64,000 bases of DNA from an uncultured Alphaproteobacteria bacterium (GTDB taxonomy: Bacteria > Pseudomonadota > Alphaproteobacteria > SMXQ01): contig CAVVYA010000015.1 of the NCBI GenBank assembly GCA_963752345.1, positions 640,343 to 704,342 on the forward strand, in the 5' to 3' direction. Positions within the stretch are counted from its first letter, which is position 1, and each line of letters starts with the position of its first letter. The translations under genes and the position numbers were made by a program. Of the stretch, positions 54,107 to 63,056 are shown one piece after another. The notes under the pieces were generated by a model, which was given only the letters and a program-made list of their open reading frames with translations, was not told where the DNA came from and did no database searches.

Positions 54107-55285
54107 ATGACCAGTACCGTCATGAGAAATGAGGACGAGATCGCAATGAGTGACATGAAGATAGCGGAAGCGCCGGCGGAGCCGCTCGAGAACTTTGTCA
54201 TCGAAGATGCCTATGAGGCCTGGCAGCAGCGCGAGGGCGTGCGGGTCATTCGCGATTTCGCGTTCGACGATCTGTGCAAGGTGGAGCTCAGCCCTTGGCC
54301 GCGCAAGGGCGGCGCCGGCGCCATTATCAACATCCCCAACGATTGCCTGCTCAACGACGCCCATCTGGTCGAAATCGCCCCGGGCGGGCAGTCCGAGCCG
54401 GAGCGGCACATGTATGAGGAGGATGTCTACGTGTTGTCCGGCCGCGGCGCGACCCGGATCTGGCTCGACGGGCAAAAGCCGGAGTCGTTCGAGTGGACGG
54501 CCGGCAGCTTGTTCTCGATCCCTTTGAACGCCTGGTATCAGCATTTCTGCGTGAGCAGCGAGCCGGCACGCTACATCGCGGTCACCGGCGCGCCACCAAT
54601 GATGCGGCGCGTGCGCGACGACGATTTCATCTTCAACAATCCCTTCCAATTCACCAGCCGCTACAGCGGCAGCGGGCACTTCGCCGGCGGCAAGCTCTAC
54701 AACCGCCGGGTGTGGCAGACCAACTTCGTGCCGAACGCGCCCAACATGCCGCTGTTCGGCTGGAAGGAGCGCGGTGCTGGCGGCATCAACGTCATGCTGG
54801 AGATGGCCGGGAATTCGCAGAAGGCGCACATCTCCGAGTTTCCGATCGGCACTTACAAGAAGGCCCATCGCCACGGGCCGGGCGCCCATCTGCTCGTCTT
54901 GAGCGGCGTGGGCTTTTCGCTGTTGTGGACCAAGGAGGACATGTCGGACCTCCGCAGGTGCGATTGGAAGGCCGGCGGTATGGTGGTCATACCCAGCGAC
55001 AACTGCTTCCATCAGCATTTCAACACCGGCGCCACGCGCGCCCGTTATCTGGCCCTGCGCCCCGGCAACTTGGGCCTCTATCCGCCGAACAGCGGCAGCA
55101 ACGGACGGATGGCCGACGTCAGCATCAAAGAGGGCGGCCAGCAGCGCGAGTATGAGGACGAAGACCCGCGCATCCATGAGATCTTCGAGGCTGAGCTGGC
55201 CAAGCACGGCGCGACCTGCCGCATGAAGGCCTTCGTGCCGTGGTGTCACGGCGAAGTCGGCCCCACCAATGAGCGCGACACTTAA
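54107..55285 (+). CDS. bicupin dioxygenase-like protein (gentisate/1-hydroxy-2-naphthoate dioxygenase-like)
   Basis: 392 aa; two cupin cores: ERHMYEEDVYVLSGRGATRIW and KAHRHGPGAHLLVLSGVG...HQHFNTG. Confidence 0.6.
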   Translation: MTSTVMRNEDEIAMSDMKIAEAPAEPLENFVIEDAYEAWQQREGVRVIRDFAFDDLCKVELSPWPRKGGAGAIINIPNDCLLNDAHLVEIAPGGQSEPERHMYEEDVYVLSGRGATRIWLDGQKPESFEWTAGSLFSIPLNAWYQHFCVSSEPARYIAVTGAPPMMRRVRDDDFIFNNPFQFTSRYSGSGHFAGGKLYNRRVWQTNFVPNAPNMPLFGWKERGAGGINVMLEMAGNSQKAHISEFPIGTYKKAHRHGPGAHLLVLSGVGFSLLWTKEDMSDLRRCDWKAGGMVVIPSDNCFHQHFNTGATRARYLALRPGNLGLYPPNSGSNGRMADVSIKEGGQQREYEDEDPRIHEIFEAELAKHGATCRMKAFVPWCHGEVGPTNERDT

Positions 55286-55381
55286 GAGGCATAAGCGACC
55301 GGTGGAGCGCGGCTCCCACCGGTCGTTTCACGGCGCTCTCCGACGGGCCAGGCGGGTGGATTTTAAATCCGGCGGCGCGGT

Positions 55382-56902
55382 TTAACCCTCGAAGACCAGC
55401 GACTTGACCACGACGGGGATGGCCTCGACCGACTCGATGATCTGGCCCAGGTCGACGAAGTTGAATTCGCCGACATGGATGCCATCCACCACGATGACAT
55501 CCTGCGCGACATTCTCTTCATCCTTGAGCATCGAGCCGACAAGCCCCGCGACATCCGAAGACAGGATGATGGTCCAGGGATGATCCACTATGGGCTGCAG
55601 CGCCTGCACGATGCCGCTGCAAATCGCCTTGATCGAAGAGCGATTGGGAATGACCGGGCCGAGCAGCGCCAGGGCGACGGGACGGCTGACGTCCTGCGGT
55701 GCAATGTCCAGGCGCTCGAAACCGCGCATGATCACATCTTTGACGGCTGAGCCGGTCAGCTCGGCGGCATCCGCTGGCAGGTAGGCCGGCACCACCTGAA
55801 GGTCCAACCGCGGCAGCAAGCCGTCGCGAGAGACGAATATCGTGCTGCTGGAGAGCTGGATCGTGTATTGCGAGGCGCCGATGACAGTGGCCCGGATGCA
55901 CTCCAGGCTGCCCGCCAGGGGTATATCGAGCATCGGGATACGACGGCGGACGGCGGCGCCGAGGAGCGGCCCGAGGTCGCCATAGTCCTGCTGATCGAGA
56001 TCATAGATGTATTCGCTGACGCCGCCCGAAAAGCTGATCTCCGTAATGGGGCCCCGGTGTTGCAGCGGCCCGGAGATGACCAGGCCCCGGGCGAGCGGCG
56101 ACAACGGCTTTCGCCGCATGGCTTCATAGAGGATGTCCGCCAGCTTTTCGGCGATGACCGTCTTCTGGTCCTCGCCGATGATGTCGCCGATGGCGATATC
56201 ATAGCCGCACGCCCGCGCCACCGCGCGGCCGGCGGCTTCCGTGCGGATCACGCGACTTTCGCTGTCCCAGGCGATCAATCGGGCGCCGACGTTGACGGCC
56301 ATCGTCTCGGTGACGGCGCCGGATTGCACCAAGGCCAATTTCGAGGTGCCGCCGCCGATGTCGACATTCAGGCCGATGCCCTTGTGCCGCTGCGATCGCG
56401 CGGCCGCGCCGGACCCGTGGGCGCCGAGGATCGCCTCGAGATTCGGGCCGGCCGTGGCGCAGACGAAATTGCCGCCCTGCTCCGCCAGCATCCGGATAAT
56501 GGCTTCCGAGTTGTTCTTGCGGACGGCTTCGCCGGTGCAGATGACCGCGCCGGTATCGACAGTCTCCGGCGCAATATCGGCCTCTTCGTAGCTGCGCTTC
56601 ACGAATGAGGCCAGCATGCCGGTATCGATGGTGTCCGGGTCGGAATAGGGGGTCAGCAGGATCGGGGATCGGTAAAGAACCTGGCGATGGACGACCTCGA
56701 ACTCGCTGGACATCTCTCTGCTGCGGCGCCGCATGACGAGCCTGGAGAACATGAGATGCGACGTCGATGACCCGATATCGACTCCCACGCTGGTCAGACG
56801 CAACCAGTCCGGGTTGGTCGGATAGCCGTCCTCGGCGGTCGGGCCAAACACGGTTTCGCCGTCATCTCCATAGTGACCGTGCTCAAAGGGGTCGTCATGC
56901 AT
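55382..56902 (-). CDS. EutA family protein (ethanolamine ammonia-lyase reactivase-like), stand-alone
   Basis: 506 aa; colinear similarity to EutA including VGVDIGSSTSHLMFSRL, NVDIGGGTSKLAL, VIGASQYTIQLSSSTIFVS and C-terminal PVVVKSLVFEG. Confidence 0.75.
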   Translation of the reverse strand: MHDDPFEHGHYGDDGETVFGPTAEDGYPTNPDWLRLTSVGVDIGSSTSHLMFSRLVMRRRSREMSSEFEVVHRQVLYRSPILLTPYSDPDTIDTGMLASFVKRSYEEADIAPETVDTGAVICTGEAVRKNNSEAIIRMLAEQGGNFVCATAGPNLEAILGAHGSGAAARSQRHKGIGLNVDIGGGTSKLALVQSGAVTETMAVNVGARLIAWDSESRVIRTEAAGRAVARACGYDIAIGDIIGEDQKTVIAEKLADILYEAMRRKPLSPLARGLVISGPLQHRGPITEISFSGGVSEYIYDLDQQDYGDLGPLLGAAVRRRIPMLDIPLAGSLECIRATVIGASQYTIQLSSSTIFVSRDGLLPRLDLQVVPAYLPADAAELTGSAVKDVIMRGFERLDIAPQDVSRPVALALLGPVIPNRSSIKAICSGIVQALQPIVDHPWTIILSSDVAGLVGSMLKDEENVAQDVIVVDGIHVGEFNFVDLGQIIESVEAIPVVVKSLVFEG

Positions 56903-57465
56903 GGGGCATCAGGCGCATTAGTTTGCCAACACTTCCTTCATGGAAAGGCGGACTTCTTCCTTCGTCGTCGAGCTTGGCCGCGGCCGGGTATGGCCCCGAT
57001 CGAACGCGGCAACGAGGCCCAATCCAGCCGACATTCTCGTCGGCTTTCAGCATTGCGAGCGCCATCATCGACAGCCCTGCCATTGGTTCTACCAACGATT
57101 GGCATCACGCGCAGCTAGGGTTTCCACGCCGTCCCGCAAAATCGTCAAAACGCGGACAAACCCGGCGGCGGGTGCTGCGATCAGGGTCGGATCTGGGTCG
57201 CGCGCCCGATGTTCCTGCGTCTCCGCCATCGCAGCTTTGTCTGCCTCGGCTGCGATAGCCAACAGAGACGGCGTCCGCTCGGGAAGGAATGGCTGGGGGG
57301 GCAGTGCGGAGCGCATTACGCCCCCGTGAATGGTCTTTGGGCCCGCGCAACTGCGCGGCGACCTGACGGCGGCTGATGGTCGAAGCGGCGCCGGCATGGC
57401 CGGGCGTGACAGGACACGAGCCAGCACGCTAACCTGAGGCACGCCACATCGGCGCCCGCAGCAGG

Positions 57466-58440
57466 TTGACGATGGACCGCCTCAAGATAATCGAAACCTT
57501 CGTGCAGATCGTGAAATCGGGCAGCCTGTCGGCGGCGGCCGGTGAACTCGGCATGTCGCGCGCCCTGGTTAGCCGCCACCTTCAGCAACTGGAGGAGCAT
57601 CTCGGCGCCAAGCTGTTCAATCGCACCACGCGCAAGCTCTCCTTGACCGAGGTCGGCGCCGAATACTTCGGCTTCTGCACCACGATGCTCGCCGAGTTCG
57701 AGGAGGAGGAGAGCGCCATCGCGCGGCTGCAGAAAGAACCGCGCGGCACGCTCAAGATCGGCGCTTCGATGGCGTTCGGAAACCTCTACCTCGGGCCGCT
57801 CGTGGCGGAGTTCATCAAGCTCTATCCCGAGATCCGCATGTCGTTCGTTCTCAGCGACCGGCCGATCACGCCGTTCGATGTCGTGGAAAAAGGCTACGAT
57901 CTGGCGATCTGTCTGCATCGCATCGAAGATTCGACGATTGTCGCGCGCAAGATCGGCGAGGTGGTCTGGGTGGCCTGTGCCGCGCCGTCTTATCTGCGGC
58001 AGCACGGCACGCCCCAGACCCCCGACGAGCTGCGCACCCATGCCAGGCTCGTTCACCGCAGCATCGCGCCGAACGGTGTTTGGCATTTCGACGGTCCCGG
58101 CGGTCCCTGGCACATCCGGACGGAGGCCTTGCTGACGACCAATAGCGTGATCGCGCTGCGCTCCGCCGTGCTCGCGGAGGCGGGCATCGCGCTCTTGCCG
58201 ACCTACTGCATCGGCGAGGACCTGCGGACGGGACGAATGAAGCAGGTGCTGCCCGATTACATGGTCGAGAGCCGTCCGATCTACGTGCTCTATGGCCAGA
58301 GCACCTATGTGCAGCGCAAGGTGCGGCTGTTCGTGGACTTCCTCGAGGAGCGGATGCAGGGGATGCTTCCGGCCGCGCCCGGCGCGATGTCGATGGGCGG
58401 CAAACCCGTCGGGCCGCCCCGGATTGTCAAAAAAAGCTGA
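57466..58440 (+). CDS. LysR family transcriptional regulator
   Basis: MDRLKIIETFVQIVKSGSLSAAAGELGMSRALVSRHLQQLEEHLG HTH; divergent from eutA-like gene. Confidence 0.85.
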   Translation: MTMDRLKIIETFVQIVKSGSLSAAAGELGMSRALVSRHLQQLEEHLGAKLFNRTTRKLSLTEVGAEYFGFCTTMLAEFEEEESAIARLQKEPRGTLKIGASMAFGNLYLGPLVAEFIKLYPEIRMSFVLSDRPITPFDVVEKGYDLAICLHRIEDSTIVARKIGEVVWVACAAPSYLRQHGTPQTPDELRTHARLVHRSIAPNGVWHFDGPGGPWHIRTEALLTTNSVIALRSAVLAEAGIALLPTYCIGEDLRTGRMKQVLPDYMVESRPIYVLYGQSTYVQRKVRLFVDFLEERMQGMLPAAPGAMSMGGKPVGPPRIVKKS

Positions 58441-58702
58441 ATTATCTTGTGCAAACTATCGGCTTATCATCGGCTGGTGGTTAAACCACGATAAGCGCGC
58501 CGTGCCGCCCGCCCGCAAGGGTCGGAGGAAATGTCCGCACGGCCGCATTGTGTCATTCCGACAAGTCGTTGCAGCTTACAATGCCGTGCCGAAACGAAAC
58601 GCGAGCGCCAAGTTCGCGAAACAGGGAAGTCCCGCCGGAAGGCCGCCCCACGCGAACAACAGCGGAGGCGCAAAAGGGGACAGCAAACGGGAGGGGAAAC
58701 GC

Positions 58703-59740
58703 ATGGCCGTGGCGCGAGAGCTGAGAAGCATGTTTTCCATGATGGCCGTTGCCGTAACGGCATTGGGCGCCGGCCCCGCGGCGGCCCAGACCACGGGAGA
58801 CCTCTTCAAGGGCAAGACGATCACCGTCACCATCGGCTTCGCGCCTGGCGGAAACTATGATTTCGTCGGCCGCCTGGTGGCGCGCCATATCGGCAGGCAA
58901 CTGCCGGGCAATCCGAGCGGCGTCGCCGTCAACATGCCGGGCGCAGGCAGCTTCCGGGCCGCGAATTATCTCTATTCCTCCGCGCCGAAGGACGGCACCG
59001 CGCTCGGCATCATGTCATCGGCCCTGGCCATCGAGGAAGCGCTCGGCACCTCGGGCGTCGCGTATAAATCCGCCGAGTTCAATTGGATCGGTCGCGTCAG
59101 CCTGATTCTCCAGGTCCTTGCGACGCTGGAGCCGGCGAAGGCCAAGACCATCGAAGAGGTCATGAAATATGAAACGCCGGTTGGCGGTACCGGCGCCGGA
59201 TCGCCGTCCGAGGGTTACCCCAAGCTGCTCAATGGGGTGCTCGGCACCAAGTTCAAGGTGGTGAGCGGCTATCGCTCGTCGGCCGATACCATGCTGGCCA
59301 TGGAGCGCGGCGAGATCGACGGCAGCCTGCCGTCGTGGAACACGGTCAAGCGATCGAAGCCGGACTGGATCGCCGACAAAAAGATCCATCCTCTGGTGCA
59401 ATGGGTGTTGCAGCGCCATCCGGATTTGCCGAACACGCCCACCTCGGTCGAACTGGGCAAGACCCAGGCGGACCGCGATGTGCTGGCCTTCTATACCAGC
59501 GGCGAGGAACTCGGCCGTTCGATCCTGGCGCCTCCGGGCATGGCGCCCGACCGTGTCAAGCTGGTCCGGGGTGCGTTCGATGCCATGCTCAAGGACCGCG
59601 ACTTTCTCGACGAGGTCGAGAAGACCAGGCTCGAATTCAACCCGCTCAGTGGTGAAAAACTTCAGCAGGTGGTGGCGGATGCGGCCGCGACGCCGCGGCC
59701 GATCATCGATCGGGCGAGAGCGCTGCTCGGCGCGGACTGA
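58703..59740 (+). CDS. TctC/Bug family substrate-binding protein
   Basis: ATG 58703 with GGGAGGGG RBS; signal peptide MFSMMAVAVTALGAGPAAAQ; VTIGFAPGGNYDFVGRL...NMPGAGS. Confidence 0.85.
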   Translation: MAVARELRSMFSMMAVAVTALGAGPAAAQTTGDLFKGKTITVTIGFAPGGNYDFVGRLVARHIGRQLPGNPSGVAVNMPGAGSFRAANYLYSSAPKDGTALGIMSSALAIEEALGTSGVAYKSAEFNWIGRVSLILQVLATLEPAKAKTIEEVMKYETPVGGTGAGSPSEGYPKLLNGVLGTKFKVVSGYRSSADTMLAMERGEIDGSLPSWNTVKRSKPDWIADKKIHPLVQWVLQRHPDLPNTPTSVELGKTQADRDVLAFYTSGEELGRSILAPPGMAPDRVKLVRGAFDAMLKDRDFLDEVEKTRLEFNPLSGEKLQQVVADAAATPRPIIDRARALLGAD

Positions 59741-59772
59741 GTAAGCTTAAGTATGAGGAGTGAGAAACAAGG

Positions 59773-60648
59773 ATGAAAGTTACGCCATTTGATGCCGGAT
59801 TCGGCGCGGAAGTGACGGATGTCGATCTCTCGCGTTTCACAAAATCGGACGCGGACGCGATCTATCAGGCTTTCCTCGACCATCAGGTGCTGGTCATTCG
59901 CGATCAGGCCATGACGCCGCTCGAGCAGGTCCAGTTCTCCGAGATATTCGGAGAACTGGAATGGCAGGAGAACGCACAGTACGCCCATCCGGACCATGAC
60001 AAGGTCCTTGTCCTGTCCAACGAGATCCGGCCCGACGGCAGCGCCGTGGGCGTCGTGGACGCCGGCGATTTCTGGCACTCCGATTCCTCGCACCACGAGG
60101 AACCGGTCAAGATCACCATTCTGCAATCCGTGCGCAATCCGTCGCGCGGCGGCGATACCGAGTTCTGCAACATGTATGCGGCCTACGAGGCCCTGCCGGA
60201 CGAGGTGAAGGAGAAGATCTCCGGCCGCTACGGCGTGCATCATGTGTCGAAGGCGGTCAACCCGCGCGTGGTGATCTCGCCCGATCGTCCGGGCGCCAAG
60301 GATTTCTACGAAAGCCAGGCCAAGAAGCGGCCAAAGGTGCTGCAGCCGATTGTGCGGACCCACGATGAAACGGGACGCCAGGCGCTCTATGTCTCGCCAC
60401 GCTTCACGATCGGCATCGAGGGCATGGATGACGCCGAGGCGCAGCCGCTTCTCGATCAACTGTTCGCCGGCATCACGGACAAGAAGAGACCCAGGCACTA
60501 CCGCCACAAGTATCGCGATGGCGACGTGATCATGTGGGACAACCGCTGCCTGGTTCATCGCGCCACCGGCGGCTACGGCCTGCCCGATATCCGCCGCATG
60601 CATCGCACCACGGTCGTGGGGAGGAAGGCCTTCTTCCGGCCCGTCTGA
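59773..60648 (+). CDS. TauD/TfdA family 2-oxoglutarate-dependent dioxygenase
   Basis: 291 aa; FWHSDSS (HxD) and RCLVHRA distal His; TauD-like length. Confidence 0.8.
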   Translation: MKVTPFDAGFGAEVTDVDLSRFTKSDADAIYQAFLDHQVLVIRDQAMTPLEQVQFSEIFGELEWQENAQYAHPDHDKVLVLSNEIRPDGSAVGVVDAGDFWHSDSSHHEEPVKITILQSVRNPSRGGDTEFCNMYAAYEALPDEVKEKISGRYGVHHVSKAVNPRVVISPDRPGAKDFYESQAKKRPKVLQPIVRTHDETGRQALYVSPRFTIGIEGMDDAEAQPLLDQLFAGITDKKRPRHYRHKYRDGDVIMWDNRCLVHRATGGYGLPDIRRMHRTTVVGRKAFFRPV

Positions 60649-60704
60649 CGGAACAGCCAAGCGTCGCGGCGGTTCATCCGCGGCGCCATAAAGGAGGAAA
60701 CCAC

Positions 60705-61819
60705 GTGTCAACCGAACTGAAAGCCCGCCACACGGATGCGCGCCGCGGCGGCACGCGCGTCATCGATGCCGATGGTCACATCATCGAGGATATGGCGGAA
60801 ATCATCCGGCGCATGCCCGAGCCCTATCGCAAGATCGCCGACCGCCACCGCGCCGTTTTCCCGCCGCTCGACCATCTTCACGACGCGCGCGCGGTCGAGA
60901 CGCCGCCGCAGCGCGACGGCCGCAAGCCGGTCGGCCCGAGCGGCTGGCTCGACTTTCTCGACGATGTCGGCATCGACTGGACGGTGCTTTATCCGACGCG
61001 CGGCTTGGCCTACGGCAAGATCGTCAGTCTGGACTATGCGGTCGTGGCCTGCCGCGCCTACAACGACTGGCTCTACGATACCTACGTGGCGTCCGATCCG
61101 CGCTTCCGTGGCATGGCGCTCATTCCCATGCAGGACCCGAAGCCGCGGCCCTGGAGCTGCGCCGCGTGGTGGAAGAACTCGGTTTCATGGGCGCCATGCT
61201 GCCGTCCAATGGCCTGCCGCTGCCGCTCGGCAACAAGGCCTATTGGCCGGTCTACGCCGAGGCCAATCGGCTCGGCTGCTGCCTGTCGATCCATGGCGGC
61301 TGCCACGACCGCTTCGGCATGGACCACATGAACATGTATGTGCCGGTCCACGCTCTCGGCCATCCCTGGGGCCTGACGTTCAACTGCGCCAACATTCTCT
61401 ATAACGGCATCTTCGACCGCTTCCCGCGCGTTCGGATCGCCTTCCTCGAGGGCGGCATCGCCTGGCTTCTGCTGCTGCTCGAGCGGCTGCATGCCTCGCA
61501 CGAGACCCACTTCCAGCACATCCCGGCCGGCGAATTCGGCATCGGCGAGCACGACGAGCCGACGAAAGTCATCAAGAAGCTGATCGACAGCGACCGGCTC
61601 TATCTCGGCATCGAGACCGAGGAACTGACCATGCCCTTCGCCATCAAGATCGTCGGCAACAAGCCCTTCTTCTACTCCTCGGATTTTCCGCACGAGGTGA
61701 CGAACGCCAGTTGCAAGCACGACCTCGCCGAGCTGATGGAGAGCGAGGAGATCACCGACGACGATCGGGCGGCGATGCTCTATCGCAATGCCGAGCGGTT
61801 CTATACGCGGTTGCCTTGA
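60705..61819 (+). CDS. amidohydrolase-2 family protein (ACMSD/LigW-like non-oxidative decarboxylase candidate), apparent frameshift near 61140
   Basis: GTG 60705 with AAGGAGG RBS; VIDADGHI metal-binding start; C-part GFMGAML...HGGCHD...FSSDFPHEV. Confidence 0.7.
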
Positions 61820-61900
61820 CCGATACGCCACAACGAGAACGGCTGAGCAGGGGCTTCGGCCCTTGCCTCGGCTGCAAGAAACAGGTGAGGGGAGCAGACG

Positions 61901-62987
61901 ATGCAGGATTGCCGCGCGGCCGTCATTACCGGCCATAACCAACCGCTCGAGATCCGCCGGGTGCCGATTCCCGAGCTCGACCCGGGCGCGCTGCTCGTGC
62001 GCATCGTCGCCTCGACACTATGCGGCACCGACGTCCACCGTTGGCATGGTCCGCTGCCCGGTGGCGACAGCCTGCCGATCATCACCGGCCACGAACCTTG
62101 CGGCATCATCGAGGAGATCGCGGGGCGAGCGTACCGATATTCTCGGCAATCCCATCAAGCGCGGCGACCGCATCGTGTGGAGCTACGTCTCCTGCGGCTC
62201 GTGCTATTACTGCAGCGTGGCGATGCAGCCCTGCATCTGCCCCAACCGGGCCTCGTGGGGCCACAATCGCGCCGACCGGTTTCCCTATCTGCTCGGCAGT
62301 TGCGCCGAATACATGTATGTCCCGGCGCCCTGCCTGATCATCAAGGTGCCGGACGAGGTGACCTCGGCGTCGGCCGCGGCGGCGGCGTGCGCCTACCGCA
62401 CCGTGATGCATGCCTATGACCGGCTCGGTGCCATCAAGAGCCACGAGACTGTCTTGATCCAGGGCAGCGGTCCGCTCGGCAACTTCGCCGCGGCGGTCGC
62501 CAAGGATCATGGCGCGAAGAAGGTGCTGGTGATCGGCGCGCCGGCGGCGCGCCTGGCGGTTTCCCGGCGCATGGGCGCCGACGCGGTGCTCAACCTCGAA
62601 GACGTGAGCGACGCGCAGGACCGGGTGGCCTGGGTGCGTGACCAGACCGATGGGCGCGGTGCGGATGTCGTCATTCAGGCGGCGGTCGGCGCCGCCGTGC
62701 CCGAGGGGCTGAAGATGCTGCGCGACGGCGGCCGCTTCGTCAGTGTCGGTGTCGGCGGCAAGGCGACCATGGGCGTCGAAACGCTGCCCCAGCAACTGAC
62801 CTTCTACACGGTGCGTTCGGGCGAGCCGCGCCACTGGCTGCAGGCGATCGATTTTCTCGCCTCGCGGAGAGAGCGGTTCCCGTTCGAGGACATGATCAGC
62901 GCCAGCTATTCCCTCGATCAGGTGAACGAGGCCATGCAGGCGATGGCCGATTTCAAGGTGGTGAAGGCGGTCATCAATTTTCAGTAA
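61901..62987 (+). CDS. zinc-dependent alcohol dehydrogenase (MDR family), apparent frameshift near 62125
   Basis: ASTLCGTDVHRWHG...GHEPCGII; structural Zn site CGSCYYCS...C; GSGPLGNF Rossmann. Confidence 0.7.
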
Positions 62988-63056
62988 AGCGTCCGATCAC
63001 AGCGCGTGAAATCTTCGGCCGTTCGGCCGAGCAACGACGGTTGCTGGAGGAATGCC

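Noticed and set aside
50598-55249. Antisense ORFs 50598-51929, 51978-53051 and 53837-55249 (-)
   Set aside because: They oppose the TctC, FAH and bicupin genes, which are clearly identified on the + strand.
57316-62834. Antisense ORFs over the LysR, TauD, amidohydrolase and ADH genes (57316-58113, 59662-60711, 61082-61942, 62106-62834)
   Set aside because: These are shadow ORFs. The sense-strand products carry recognisable motifs.
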